A stretch of 64,000 nt of DNA from Dicyema japonicum (GCA_011109175.1 RDEW01000001.1:1867635-1931634), one strand, 5' to 3'. Shown: positions 1 to 11,465, counted from the first letter of the stretch. Made by a program: numbers and translations. The notes: generated from the sequence alone by a model not told the origin.

Positions 1-538
1 ATAGAAGGTTTAAGACATAAATGATGACCCAATTCCCATATATGATGTCCAAGTTATATATATAAATAATACACAAGTAAATCTATATTTTAAAATTTTA
101 ATTTTTTAGATTTGTTATCAACTAATACAGATATGAGAAGTCGCAAGGTTTTTTATAAACGAAAAGTCTTCGATCAGTAAAAAGTGTTTGAATAGGTGTA
201 CAAATGTGTTACAACATTTTATTTACCCCTTATTCAACTGACTTGAACCAATTGAAAACTTTTTTTTCTTGTTTGAAATCTTGCCTAAATGTAATTAGAC
301 CAAGAGTAACTGTAAGAGAGAATTGCTAACAACTATCGGATTTGTTATGAGTGGTCTCGAAACCGAGAATTTGTCCTCATATTACAGTTTTTTGGAAAGG
401 GTAAATGGAATTAATAACAGATTATTGAATAAAATACTTTTTTCCTAAATATTATTAGTATAATATATATAACTTGGACATCTCATTTATGGGAATTGGG
501 TCAACATTTATTGGATGAGTGTATATATAAGTAAATTA

Positions 539-889
539 AATTGGCGGCTGAAATGAATCTGCGATGTAATCCGCGTGGCGCCATGTGGTGCTTCATGGCT
601 AATTGGTTGAAGTTTCTGTTGTTCGTCTGTTCCTCTTTTTCCTATTAGAGTGGCGTCATGTGATTCACCTGTCTAGGTGGCGCCCAGTGCCAGGCCGGCA
701 CGAAAAAGGATCATTTGCTCTCCCCACTCCACTGGAGGGGTTTCCACAACTGCAACTATGGACGTCTTTTACCCTTTATGTTGATTCCGGATAGACTCTG
801 TTTCTGTAGAAGTGGAAACTGGATACACTTAATTAGTTGTTTACTTTAACTTCTTTTTTGGTGTATCCGGGGTTAATAAATAAAATAAA
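539..889 (+). mobile_element. Non-autonomous (RIME/SINE-like) derivative of the Ingi/Vingi-like LINE: 5' ribozyme-like head plus 3' hairpin and tail
   Basis: Head CGTGGCGCCATGTGG...GGCTAAT (574-603), second head copy GTGGCGTCATGTGATTCACC (~649-668), hairpin GGATACAC(821-828)/GTGTATCC(861-868), then GGGGTTA and an A-rich tail; no long ORF. Confidence 0.65.
570..606 (+). ncRNA. Degenerate HDV-like ribozyme core (L3-P3-P1-J1/4-P4-J4/2)
   Basis: TCCGCG-TGG-CGCCATGT-GG-short P4-GGCTAAT follows the HDV-fold order, with J4/2 GGCUAA carrying the catalytic C; P2 not recoverable in this copy. Confidence 0.5.
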
Positions 890-929
890 TTGGAGGCTTG
901 TATTACTCTGTAATGAGCTTAAACTTTAT

Positions 930-2310
930 AATTATAGCCTGCGTCATGTGGTTCTCCAATTCTGGTGGCAGTGGATGTAGTCCTAAACTATATCTAAAAA
1001 GAAACATTTGCTCCTTACCAACCAGAGGACTTCTCACTGGACGGCATTTTCTTAATGTTGGAACATTTTATAGATTGAGACTGTTGACCTCAGGAGACGT
1101 GGAATAAAATCCAGGCCAAAAAAAGTTAACAATCCGAGCGTAAACATAAACGGGATCAGAGGAAAGATTGGAGAACTTTCCATATTCTTGGAGAGGAACA
1201 GAATAGATATCTGTTTCGAAAAATTCCTACTTCTCTCTCTAATAAATACAACACAATAAGATCCGACCGTCCATCTGGCCATGGATAGGGTCTACTGAAT
1301 CTTGTAGGAAAAAGAATAAAATACCTTGAGAACCCTTCTCCTTACAAGAGCCTAATGGAAGACTCGAACACGGAGCTAATTGGAAATTCTGTCATAACTT
1401 CCATTGGAAAAAATTGAAATTACGAATGTTTATGTTCTTCCTCCGGGCTCCTGCAAGAAAATTTCTGCTTTTACCTATCGACCTTGGACAAACTGGAGAA
1501 CTTGCTTTTATGTGGAGACTTGAATGCAAGGCACCCTTCTTGTTTCCGCTGATATTCCAAAATGGCCCCGCTGACTTATTTTCTTTCTAAAGATGTACCA
1601 ATATCAAATCAGAAAAAAACAAACTCATGTGGCCCAGACAAAATTCCTTTTATTCTGCTGAAACACTTGGGCCATCAATAAATGACAATTATCTACAACA
1701 CATCGCTAAATATAAATATCATACCGACTCTATGGAAAATATTAAAAATTTGTACAATATTGAAACCGAGAAGACCGAAGAACGATCCCGGCTCTTACAG
1801 ACCAGTCTCGCTTATATGTTTTGTCGAGAATCCTGGAGAAACTGGTCTTAAAACTTATTCGCTCCTCTCCCACAACCTACATTCCAACATGGCTTCAAGA
1901 AAAGATTATCAACAACCTTTTTTTTAACAACACTAATGAAGTTCATTACTGAAGGACACAAGAACAAGCCAAAACAGGAAAAATCGGTCATATATAGAAT
2001 CGACATTCAAAAAGCATTCGACTCTTTCTCAAGGAAAATCCTCATACAAAAATTATTGTTGACAAAAATTGCTGCACCACTAAAGTTATGGATAGCAAAT
2101 TTCATAAGTGGACGCCGAGGGAAATTGTGCCTCGAAAACAAGAGTTCCAGATCGAGATTGTTATCCAATGGTGTACTCCAGGGATCTCCTTTGCCACCAA
2201 TTATCTTTAATTTGATTCTTAGTGATCTCTCCGTTCTGATGAATAATAATGACATGCTACTTTCCTATGCCGATGATATAGTAGCATCTAGGGACGTTCT
2301 TCAACAGATT
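930..2310 (+). mobile_element. Ingi/Vingi-like non-LTR retrotransposon, decayed 5' half (leader, 2A, APE, RT)
   Basis: ATG 946 MWFSNS...LRLLTSGDVE*NPGQ (1081-1119), then (I)LSVNINGIRGK APE start; YRPVSL, DIQKAFDS, GVLQGSPLPP and YADD RT motifs in broken frames. Confidence 0.8.
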
Positions 2311-2329
2311 TAAAAGGAAAGCAGAAGAT

Positions 2330-3065
2330 ATCAAATGATGAAAACTCTGAAGATTGTTACTAGAGACCTCTCAGTTTGCCATCTTCTCTACTCTGCCCAT
2401 CTACTGGCATTCAAAAATAGTTATGGAGGCATCCGTCCCATTGCAGTTGGCAACTATTTCCTAAGATTGGATGCAAAAATTGTTTCCAGGCTTGTCTCTT
2501 CAATGATCAGTGAAGAATTATTTCCAATCTAACTGGGTATAGGCGTACGTAACGGGTGCGAACACTATGCACGCAACGAGGAGTTTCTTCTCACAAGAAA
2601 ACCAAAATAATCCGTGTCTGGAGCTGTACTAATCTCGTCCGGGAAATCCAAAGTCACCCTACTGGACTTTCATTGGACAGAGTTGACGAAGCTTGCTTGC
2701 AGTTGAGGGAAGCAAGATTTCCAATCCCAGATGATGTATTGAATCAGAACAAATGGGACGCAATTTTCTGCAAGGCTATCGTTGTAGCCTAAAGCAAGAG
2801 TCGAACCAACACCTGCTTGCCTGTTTGCTATCTGCTGCACAACATGGAGTGGTGCATGGTTCCACACATTTCCATGCGCTTCTTTTGGAACTCTCATGGA
2901 TGACGACTGTGTGAGAATCGGAATAGTACAACGATTGGAACTTGACGTCTGCCAGAAACACAGATGCAGCTGTGGAGGAACAGTTGACACTAAAGGACTA
3001 CATCCTTTGTCTAGCAAATGGAGTGCAGGTCGCTTACATCGTTACGTCGCATTGAATTACATTAA
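2330..3065 (+). mobile_element. CRE-like (RLE-type) non-LTR fragment
   Basis: LLAFKNSYGGIRPIAVGNYFLRL and LMDDDCVRIGIVQRL...HRCSCGGTVD..GLHPLS, homologous to the copy at 15.7-17.7 kb. Confidence 0.75.
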
Positions 3066-3139
3066 AAATAAAGTAAACAAATTTTTTGTCACCTGGACAA
3101 AATTGATTCAGAGAAGGAAGGTCTACCAATGACGTCGTC

Positions 3140-3570
3140 TTTACACACAGATTGTCTTAAGGTTATGTCAAAAATACAGGAAATGTATAGAAGTTCTTGG
3201 TCTTGTTCAGTAGATTATGTTCACAGAGGCAAACTCATTAAAATTTTGACAACCTTTCTCAACGCTGATGATGTTGGAATGATCTCCATGATGGTAAAAG
3301 ATGCTTATCTAGAAGTCAAACTGGGAAACTCTACCACTAACTTTTTATGAAATTACGTGGGAGTTCCACAAGGCGACTCTGTAAGTTATTCTTATTCTTT
3401 TATTTATCTTGAAGCTGCGTTGATAGACTTCAGATCGTCAATTAAAGGAAATGGAGTGATTATGCAGATTTTGTGGATTTTATTTTTGACGACGTTAAAT
3501 GTTTTAAACACTTACACGAGTGTCTCCCATAATTAAAAAATGGTTTTTGAAGTTAAACACCACAAAATGG
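3140..3570 (+). mobile_element. RTE-clade RT fragment
   Basis: GVPQGDS motif (~3359-3380) and LFxIYLEAAL segment matching RTE copies at 27.5 and 61.4 kb. Confidence 0.55.
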
Positions 3571-3779
3571 AGTTTAATCATTCAGCCGTGAAAAGAGGAC
3601 ATTTGACGAGACGTGGAGAAGACATAAAAAGGTCAATCTTGAGGGACCTATAAACCGCCTGAAAATCCTTTCCTCTGGTGCTTTCAAAAACCTAGTAAAA
3701 ATATAGCGATCGGGCAGAAAGCTCAGTGGAAAAGTAAAGATATACAAATACTCCATTGTACCCATCCTAATTTAAAATT

Positions 3780-4660
3780 GCGGGACATAGATTGCTAAAA
3801 CACGTTATGGAGACTATTGATAGTTTTCACTGCGTCATCACCTTTGATTTCTCATTAACCTGGAGACATGGTTGAAAGTAAATAACTTTTTTCCAGAAAA
3901 TTCTTCTATTCTATTTTTCAACAAATCGCAGAAGCAAGACTTGGTGTTGAGATTAAACAAAATGACAGTTCCCTTGCGCCTTTGAATTCTTGGACGTCTA
4001 GTGAGTCTGATTTCTAAACGCGCCGCTGTCTATTTGAGCAGATTTCGCAATTTTGAGACGTAATATCCACGCAGTCAGAGCGGCTATCGTATGGACTGGA
4101 TGTCCCCAAAAATCCCAACTAGATGATTCTTGGAGTGACCTTTGACAAGTGGTTCTCAATGCTGCCAGCTTAACATGACCTACAATGAAAACCTCGGCAT
4201 CAAAAGACCATTATGTGTTCCATTGAGAAGGCTTTTGACTCGATTCCGAAAAAATTGCTCACTAGGAAGATTTATGGCTCTAACATTACAAACAACTTGA
4301 AAATTTGGCTTGCAAACTTCCTCGAAGAGTAATTTCACAATCCATATTTTCTGTTACCAAATTTCTGCTAAATGTGGTCCCGCAAGGATTCTCTCACCCA
4401 TTCTCTTCAACCTCTTTATGAGATATGCTTTCTAACAGCAGGGATGATACTCTGTTCCTCGCTTATGCTAACGACATAATCATGGCAACAAAAGACTAGT
4501 GTATACACACAGCGGATATCCGTTTACAATAGTTACTGGACAACCTGAACTGTTGGCTTACGAGAAACTTATTACACACAAGTCCTGAAAAGTCGAGCCT
4601 ATGATTTTTACTTCCAATAGAAGACTGACAAACTAGGCACCTTTTTTACTCAAACTACAA
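3780..4660 (+). mobile_element. Rearranged Vingi-like RT fragments
   Basis: KILGVTFD, KAFDSI, SPILFNL and LAYANDIIMA pieces out of their normal order. Confidence 0.55.
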
Positions 4661-4879
4661 ACTAGGCACCTTTTTTAATATTACTCGACTAAAGTGAAAA
4701 ACAAATTCAAGATCATCTTTAATGAAACAAATTCAAAATCATGCTTAATTTTATATTTTGGAATTTCTATCAGTCATTTAAAAAACAAGTATTATCAATC
4801 TTTTAAATGAATCATCATAATATAAATTCAACTATTCAGTTATCTAGATTAATGTTTGTGATAAATTCTTGACAGGTTT

Positions 4880-5972
4880 TAACAAAGATTACCACTATCA
4901 GTGTTTTCATACATTAAATATGCCGTTTTCCTATCTATTTGACAATATTTGCTTTTTTTAAATTCACACAATGAACATCAGTCAACTACGGAATAACCAG
5001 TTAAAAGTTTTAAAATTAAATATTAAAACTTAAGTAATATTGATCTTGTAAGTTCAACAGTAATTTTTTTCCTTCTCTTGTAATGACAATGGGAATCATG
5101 ATTATAGTAATAAATATTATAATAATACTGACGATTATCACTGTTCTATTATGTGATTTACTAATTATCATTTTTGGAGTTGAATTGGTTTTAAATTTAG
5201 TTCTAGTAATATTTGGAGTAAGCACTTTAGTTGACACATTATAATTTCAGTTCTATAATATTTGGAGTTATCATTTTAGTTGAAGTTTTAGTTTTAGTAA
5301 TGTCTGGAAAGACTGTTGTTTTAATGGTGGTATTTATGCAAGATTGTCCTAAAATATGTAAATAAAAAACCAATTTTGCTAAATTTATCAGTTCTTTCAT
5401 TAATGAATAGTGTGGTAATTAAACAAGAAATATTGAGATAAATATGGCGAGAAAACTTTTAAAAATAATTTGACAATGATAAAATAATGATTTTTAATCA
5501 ATTGTCTATCAATTGTCATCATATATTATTATTATCTAAGAATGTATAATTATAATTACAAATAGAAAGTTCTATCTTTTAAGGTAATATTGGCCATCAG
5601 GCGTTAAGCGAAATGTTATATATAAAGATAAATCAATCTCTTGCGCTGATAAAATTAGAACAATTTTGTTTTAATGAAATTCTATCTAATTTGGAATTTT
5701 CCTTATTGAACATAAACTTCATATTCTAATATTAATAAAAAATTACAAACTTTATAATCCTTCCTAAATGTTACTTTTATATTGGCAGTTAAAAGTCTTT
5801 CGTTTTGTACACTCCAAGTAATCGGTTTTATTTTTTTTGAATTTATATAAGGACATACAGATGAATAATAGTTTGAATGATGAAAGTCCAAATTAGTATA
5901 AACCATTTGATATAGAATTACAGGACTTATTAAAATAATTAATAATTCATATCCACATAGAGTTAGGTTCAT
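4880..5972 (-). CDS. Putative multi-exon orphan type I membrane protein (signal peptide, Thr/Pro-rich repeat stalk, one TM helix); frame not fully resolved
   Basis: Hydrophobic N-terminus (5703-5972 ORF), micro-intron-like GT..AG segments, two ~42-nt repeats (TKM/VxTPNITRT), TM VIIVSIIIIFITIIMIPIVIT; needs indels to join. Confidence 0.4.
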
Positions 5973-6499
5973 TTATAGATTATTATTTATTTATTTAGGT
6001 TATTTCATAATTATTAAATTATTATTAATTTAATAAAATTTATTAAAAATATCAAATGATGTATTAATATGTCAGAATTTAGAGATATTTTATTAAACCA
6101 ACTAAAAAAGTTACTATTTGACCTTTAAATCCTTTTTCCAATTGTTAATTTATCCCTCTTCCAATCTACGGGCTCTGTCCTTATACTCAAACGAAAACTC
6201 TCTAGGGTTGTTTTAAAACAGTGAATGTATAGATTCCCTGGAGTTTCTACCTTGATCTTGACCTTATTTTTCTCTAATACAGATTGCGCATTAGAGAACA
6301 AATTACTCGCATTTAGAGAAGTCTTACATAACAACGCTGCCCCTAATTTCCTCACACAACACCGTGAAGGGATTCAATTTTCTTGATAAGAACTCCAGAA
6401 ATTCTATCGCAGCTAAAAGTTTTTCAATTAGGCACACATTGAAAATACTCTTAATAAACTCAGTTTTAATCTATACTGAGGACTTGTCTTTCTTATGCA

Positions 6500-7230
6500 T
6501 TCTATAGGGAATCTTCTGGGTAGGTCTGCTTGCATCTCTTGTACTGATTGAGGTTTCTTGATGTGATTACATTTTTCATCATGAAATCTAGTATCCATCG
6601 ATTACAGAAGGCCTTTGATTCTGTTCCGAGGAAACTCCAAATGCAAAAAATTTTTAATTCCAACTTACGTCCGAACATCAAGCTATGGCTAGAAAATTTT
6701 TTAACTGGTTGACACGCGGGTTCGGATTGATAAAACCACTTCAAAATTAAGACTCTCCCTAATGGGGTCCTGCAAGGCTCCCCTCTGTCTCCTCTTTTAT
6801 TTAACTTATTTCTACACGATTTACCTACTATCAATGATCAGGACACCATGTTTCTATCTTATGCGGACGACTTGATTATCGCTGCAAGGAACAAACTCCC
6901 TCCAAGGCTGTGGCGATGGTTTAATCACACCTCAACAGGTGTGTGACTTGCTGTCTGTCTCTGCATCCAAGTCTCAGTTCATGAAATTTACTACGGACAA
7001 AAGATTTAAAGGTGGACAGATATTCCTCGGAAACATTCCCATCCTTTATACACGAATCCAGAAGATCCTTGGAGTTACTTACGACTCTGATGAAAAAACG
7101 CTTCCCGAATGCAATTGGGTCATCAGAAAACCCGACGAAGAGAGTTCGGATGTTGTTGGAGGCTGGGATCACCTAATTAGTTAGTTTTGACCTATCTTTC
7201 TTGGTGGTCTTGGGGTTAAATAAATAAAAT
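6500..7230 (+). mobile_element. Vingi-like RT 3' fragment with hairpin and tail
   Basis: KAFDSV, PNGVLQGSPLSP, YADDL, KILGVTYD, ending GGWDHLIS*; hairpin GGGATCACC/GGTGGTCTT, then GGGGTTA-A tail. Confidence 0.8.
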
Positions 7231-7599
7231 ACATGAAATCTCTGTTTTCGACGGTCAGTTTACTGATGCATTGTTTCGATTAATATATATTTCACTGGGA
7301 GGGGGTTCTCATTCAGTAATTTTTTTATTTCGGAAATTTCTTTTGAGTTAAAAAATGGGTATTGAAACATTATGCTATAAGGCCACCATTGAAATATTAA
7401 GCTATCGTTTAGCAGTATCCATAACACCTGAGATCAATTAATCTTGTCATTCGATTAAATCTCAAAGATCAAAGATTGAGGAGATAGCCGATAAACTAGG
7501 ACATTTACACTAGAAGACCTCTCATGAATTTCAAGAGCATCATGTACCCATGAAGACATACCTCTCACCTCTAGTTGTTTATCATGTGGGTACTAGGTC

Positions 7600-7900
7600 C
7601 AACTTGGAAAATATCCGGAGTTTTGACCCTTTGACTACTGATCCTTTTTTTAACCCCTTTCAAATATCAACTTTAACACTTAGTTTTTCCTCTAGCAATC
7701 AATGTATTAACACCAATCCATTTCGTCAAGCGAACTAGCTTCAGATCTCAAGCCAGCAAATTAATAGTAGATTTTTCGATATTCCGTTCGATTTGAGTGG
7801 CTTCAAAGAAAGTATTAACCTTCATCATCGTTGAGTTTTCCTTCGAAAAAATACTTTTAGGTGGTCCATAAACAGCAGGTAGTTTGTTACATAACTATGA
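7600..7900 (-). mobile_element. Possible RLE-type (R4/NeSL-like) RT fragment
   Basis: NYLLFMDHLKVF resembles the HLLFMDDLKLY motif; otherwise decayed. Confidence 0.35.
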
Positions 7901-8999
7901 GATCATAGGTCGTAGTTGTTAAGAGAAAGAATATTATTTCTCTTATAATTGGTCACAGTGATCTGATTATTGATATTTTCCACGGCGACTGATTCAAAAA
8001 TTAACTGTCGTCCGAGAGAATCGTTACAACTTCATTAAAAGATCTGCTCTATTTTAATTTTCACAACAAGATATAAGTTATTTTTAAGTGATAAAAGGGA
8101 CCTTCACGCAATCCTGACCTCTTGGTTGAGAGATTTTAGTCGTTTTTATTTATAGTTTTTTGATTGTTAAAGAAAATTAAGCCTTTATTGATTAAAATTA
8201 TGTGCGATTTTTATTTACTGTGACTTATTTTGTAATTTTTTCAAACTACTAGGTATATTTTTCCGTTTTATTTTGTGCTCTGGTCGGGACTTTATGGTTT
8301 TTAAAAACGTAAACGAGTCTCTAATCAATGGATTGATCCTTCTATTCATTTCGCGTATTAGAATAGAAAAATTCCTTCATACAAAGTCTAGAAAATTATA
8401 GGTCATCGGCATTATGACAAGATTATGAAAGGGGTAGTCTTTTATTGATTATTAATTATACATGGGGTCACATATTAACCTTGTCGCCTTACTTCAAACT
8501 ATATTTACTGTCATGATTATTGGGGTCTTTCTAACATTAATTAGCGATTTGAATTACCTAAAAGCTCCAACAATGCTGGGAAGCAAGATTGAAAATTCGT
8601 ACATTAGAAAGAGAGATCATGAACAATGAAAAAGAAACAAGAAAAGTTTGGAAAAACCTCATGTCCGATTAAAAAAAAGCAGAACTCCCTTAAAATATGT
8701 AAAAAACACTTAGAAGCTTTAGTAACGCTGAAAACTCTGCCACATGTGATGAAATGGAAAACAAGATCTTCCTAAAGAAACTTATGAACTACTACTCCTC
8801 CACAAATTTTATCCCACACAAGAAAGGTCCATCCATCCTAGCCTTCAAACCTAGAAGAGACACCTCCCTGATTATTCTTGCTGTGGAGAACGTACAGAAT
8901 ATGGTCAGGGATCAGAAGTAAACAAAAAACTTGTAAAAATATGTTGGGGGTCCGCGACTAAAAAAGGTTGAGAACAACTGATTTAAAGCAAGCATGGGT

Positions 9000-9330
9000 C
9001 GGAATGTTCATGTTGGAGAGTACACCATAATTTCAATTGCTCAAAAAGTGGAAATATTGCGGTATAATGAAACCAATAAATCAGCTTCATGTCAGACGAT
9101 ATGCAACAGATTTTCTTCTATTTTAAAAAAGAATCTCAAGAAGGACAGTCAATGCAATATTAATGAATGCAGAATCGCTTTTATTCTCAGTTCTGGAACA
9201 GAAATCCTAAACTAAAAACTTTAAAAAATTAAAGTACCAGGAGCTTAATGAAAATCTAGTAGATTGGATAGATTCAATGGAATCAAAATGTAAACTATTT
9301 ACTCCAATATTTAAGGGGGTATATTGAACG
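9000..9330 (+). mobile_element. pogo/Tigger (CENP-B-like) transposase N-terminal fragment
   Basis: ISIAQKVEILRY HTH start and KYQELNENLVDWIDSME second HTH motif. Confidence 0.55.
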
Positions 9331-9399
9331 TTTCTATAATATTACATAAGCCAACGAAATAACTTTCGTTAACTAATTTTAAAAATCTTACGGGTTTTA

Positions 9400-9918
9400 G
9401 GATAAACTTAAAAAAGACATGGATTTCGGAAGACATAAATTACACGGCGAAATGCACACTGAAAAACATAGGATATTGATGGCTTTTTAAAAGAATTTGA
9501 AGAAGTTTCAAATAATTACTCGGTTGAAAATATTTATTATTTGGACTAGACAGGAATATTTTATAAATCTTTCAAAGTTCATTTTGCAAGGCACAAATTA
9601 CCCATTGGACTTCCAAAATAACAAACATCGATGTACTCAAACGGGTAGAAGGAAGAATCGTAAAACACAAATTGGCGTTCTTTGGGCATGTTGTCCGCTC
9701 TGATTCACTAGAAAGAACCATTATGCTGAGCAATATTACTGGAAAGAGAAGACCTGGCCGACAGAGGACTCGGTGGCTATCCAAGGTGGAAGACGTCACG
9801 AATGCCTATATCAAGGCTACTCCAAATTGCAACGGATCGGAAGAGTGGAGGAAACTCGTTCATGAGATCTCCAAGGGTCGGACACGACTTAATTGGACAA
9901 CATAACATAACATTGGAA
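9400..9918 (+). mobile_element. BovB/RTE-1-like LINE 3' end
   Basis: FFGHVVRSDSLERTIML...GKRRPGRQRTRW...WRKLVHEISKGRTRLN; AAGGGTCGGACACGACT (9873-9889) and a (CATAA)n tail. Confidence 0.8.
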
Positions 9919-11329
9919 ACCAAGAAGAACTCAGTATGTGATCCATATAAGAAGTTAAATCTAGGAATACTGTAATGTTTGTAAAAATGGCATAGGAAGA
10001 TGTGAAATCCCAAACAATATCAAAATGTTCTGTATTTAACGTCAACTGACAAATGATAAGCATTAACTATGATAATCAATTATTGGAAAACACTTGTTAT
10101 ACTTGGAGATTTTAATATATGCCTGGTAGAAAGCCACAAATGGATTAAAAGATCATCAAAATTAAATCATTTTTTCCATGAGACTCTATGGATAAAAAAA
10201 TTTACGCAATCACGAGAAACATTTTTACGATGCTATATCCAAGTGTCCTTTCTGTCAGTGTTAACTGTTTTGAATATATACAAATACTGAAAAATAGTTT
10301 TCTTATGTGATTCCTATCATTTAATAATCAACATTCATGACATAATGTTCCGCACAAGCAGATGTTATCCTTTTGGTTCCTCCCTTGGATTAATTAGTAA
10401 CTGTCTGTGGGCTTACCATTGTAAGCCTAATATTAATAACGATGACATAGTGATCGCCATAATTCGTTTTTATTCAACAATAGGGTGGCATTATGTGGTT
10501 CTCCAATTAGACAAATTTTGAAGACGCCAGGGGCACCTAATGCATACCGAAAAGGACCAATAGACCTTCTCCTCCGGGGAGCACATACAATTCGTTACAT
10601 TTGAAAATCTGTTTCCATGTATTCCGATTTTAGCTGCGATCGCAACAATAGTTTATGCTCTCCGTAGAAATAGTGATTCCGGAATCAGATTAATCAATAG
10701 AAAAAATTTTGATATACCAGACAATCTGCTATGAAAAGAAAGAGACAAAAATAAGAAAATTGACCCGACAATTACAGACAAACTCAAAAAATGTTTCCTT
10801 ACTGAAATTCCTGGTCGCAACAACAATAAAATATTCATATTTTTCATTAAAAATATAAATAACTGATCAATGTAAATACGGAAAAATCAAATAGTGGAGA
10901 ATAATCAATATTCATTGGTTACCAAAATATAAATATATTAGACATTTTGATAATAGACTTCAACGCTATTTGATGAATCCAATAATATATATAATATTTA
11001 CGCAAATGTATCACAATACAACAAAAATATACAATAAAATCAACAAACAACCAACCACAAGAACGTGGCAACTGCACGCCAAAGAAAATACAAATGTATT
11101 AAAAGGTTCGCCACTTTATAAAACAATTTTTAAAAATAAATATTAAATTAATATAAATTTATCAAAATTTGACTTTAGTAATCTAGGGAAACTGGAAATA
11201 CTAATACCCTCATCACTTGAAGACCTTATTCGACAAATTGGAAAGGGATTTGCTACCCAGTGCATCTCTTAACAATACACAGCCGCGACGTGTCTTATGA
11301 GAAGGGTATACGTACCCCTTTCCAATTCC

Positions 11330-11465
11330 TATTCCCGAAATCACCCGCCCACAGAGAAGTTGTGTTGGATCCCAGAAGGCGGACGAGGAATCTGATTGTG
11401 GATTTCGAGATCACTTAATTTAGTAATTAAATTACTATTGGTGTTCTTGGGTTAATAATAATACC
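11330..11465 (+). mobile_element. Vingi-like 3' end (short 5'-truncated insertion)
   Basis: GAGATCAC(11407)/GTGTTCTT(11441) hairpin, GGGTTA(ATA)n. Confidence 0.7.

Noticed and set aside
10653-10847. Fukutin/glycosyltransferase assignment for the minus-strand signal-anchor ORF
   Set aside because: Only vague motif resemblance; no diagnostic DxD or LG..R motif could be aligned.
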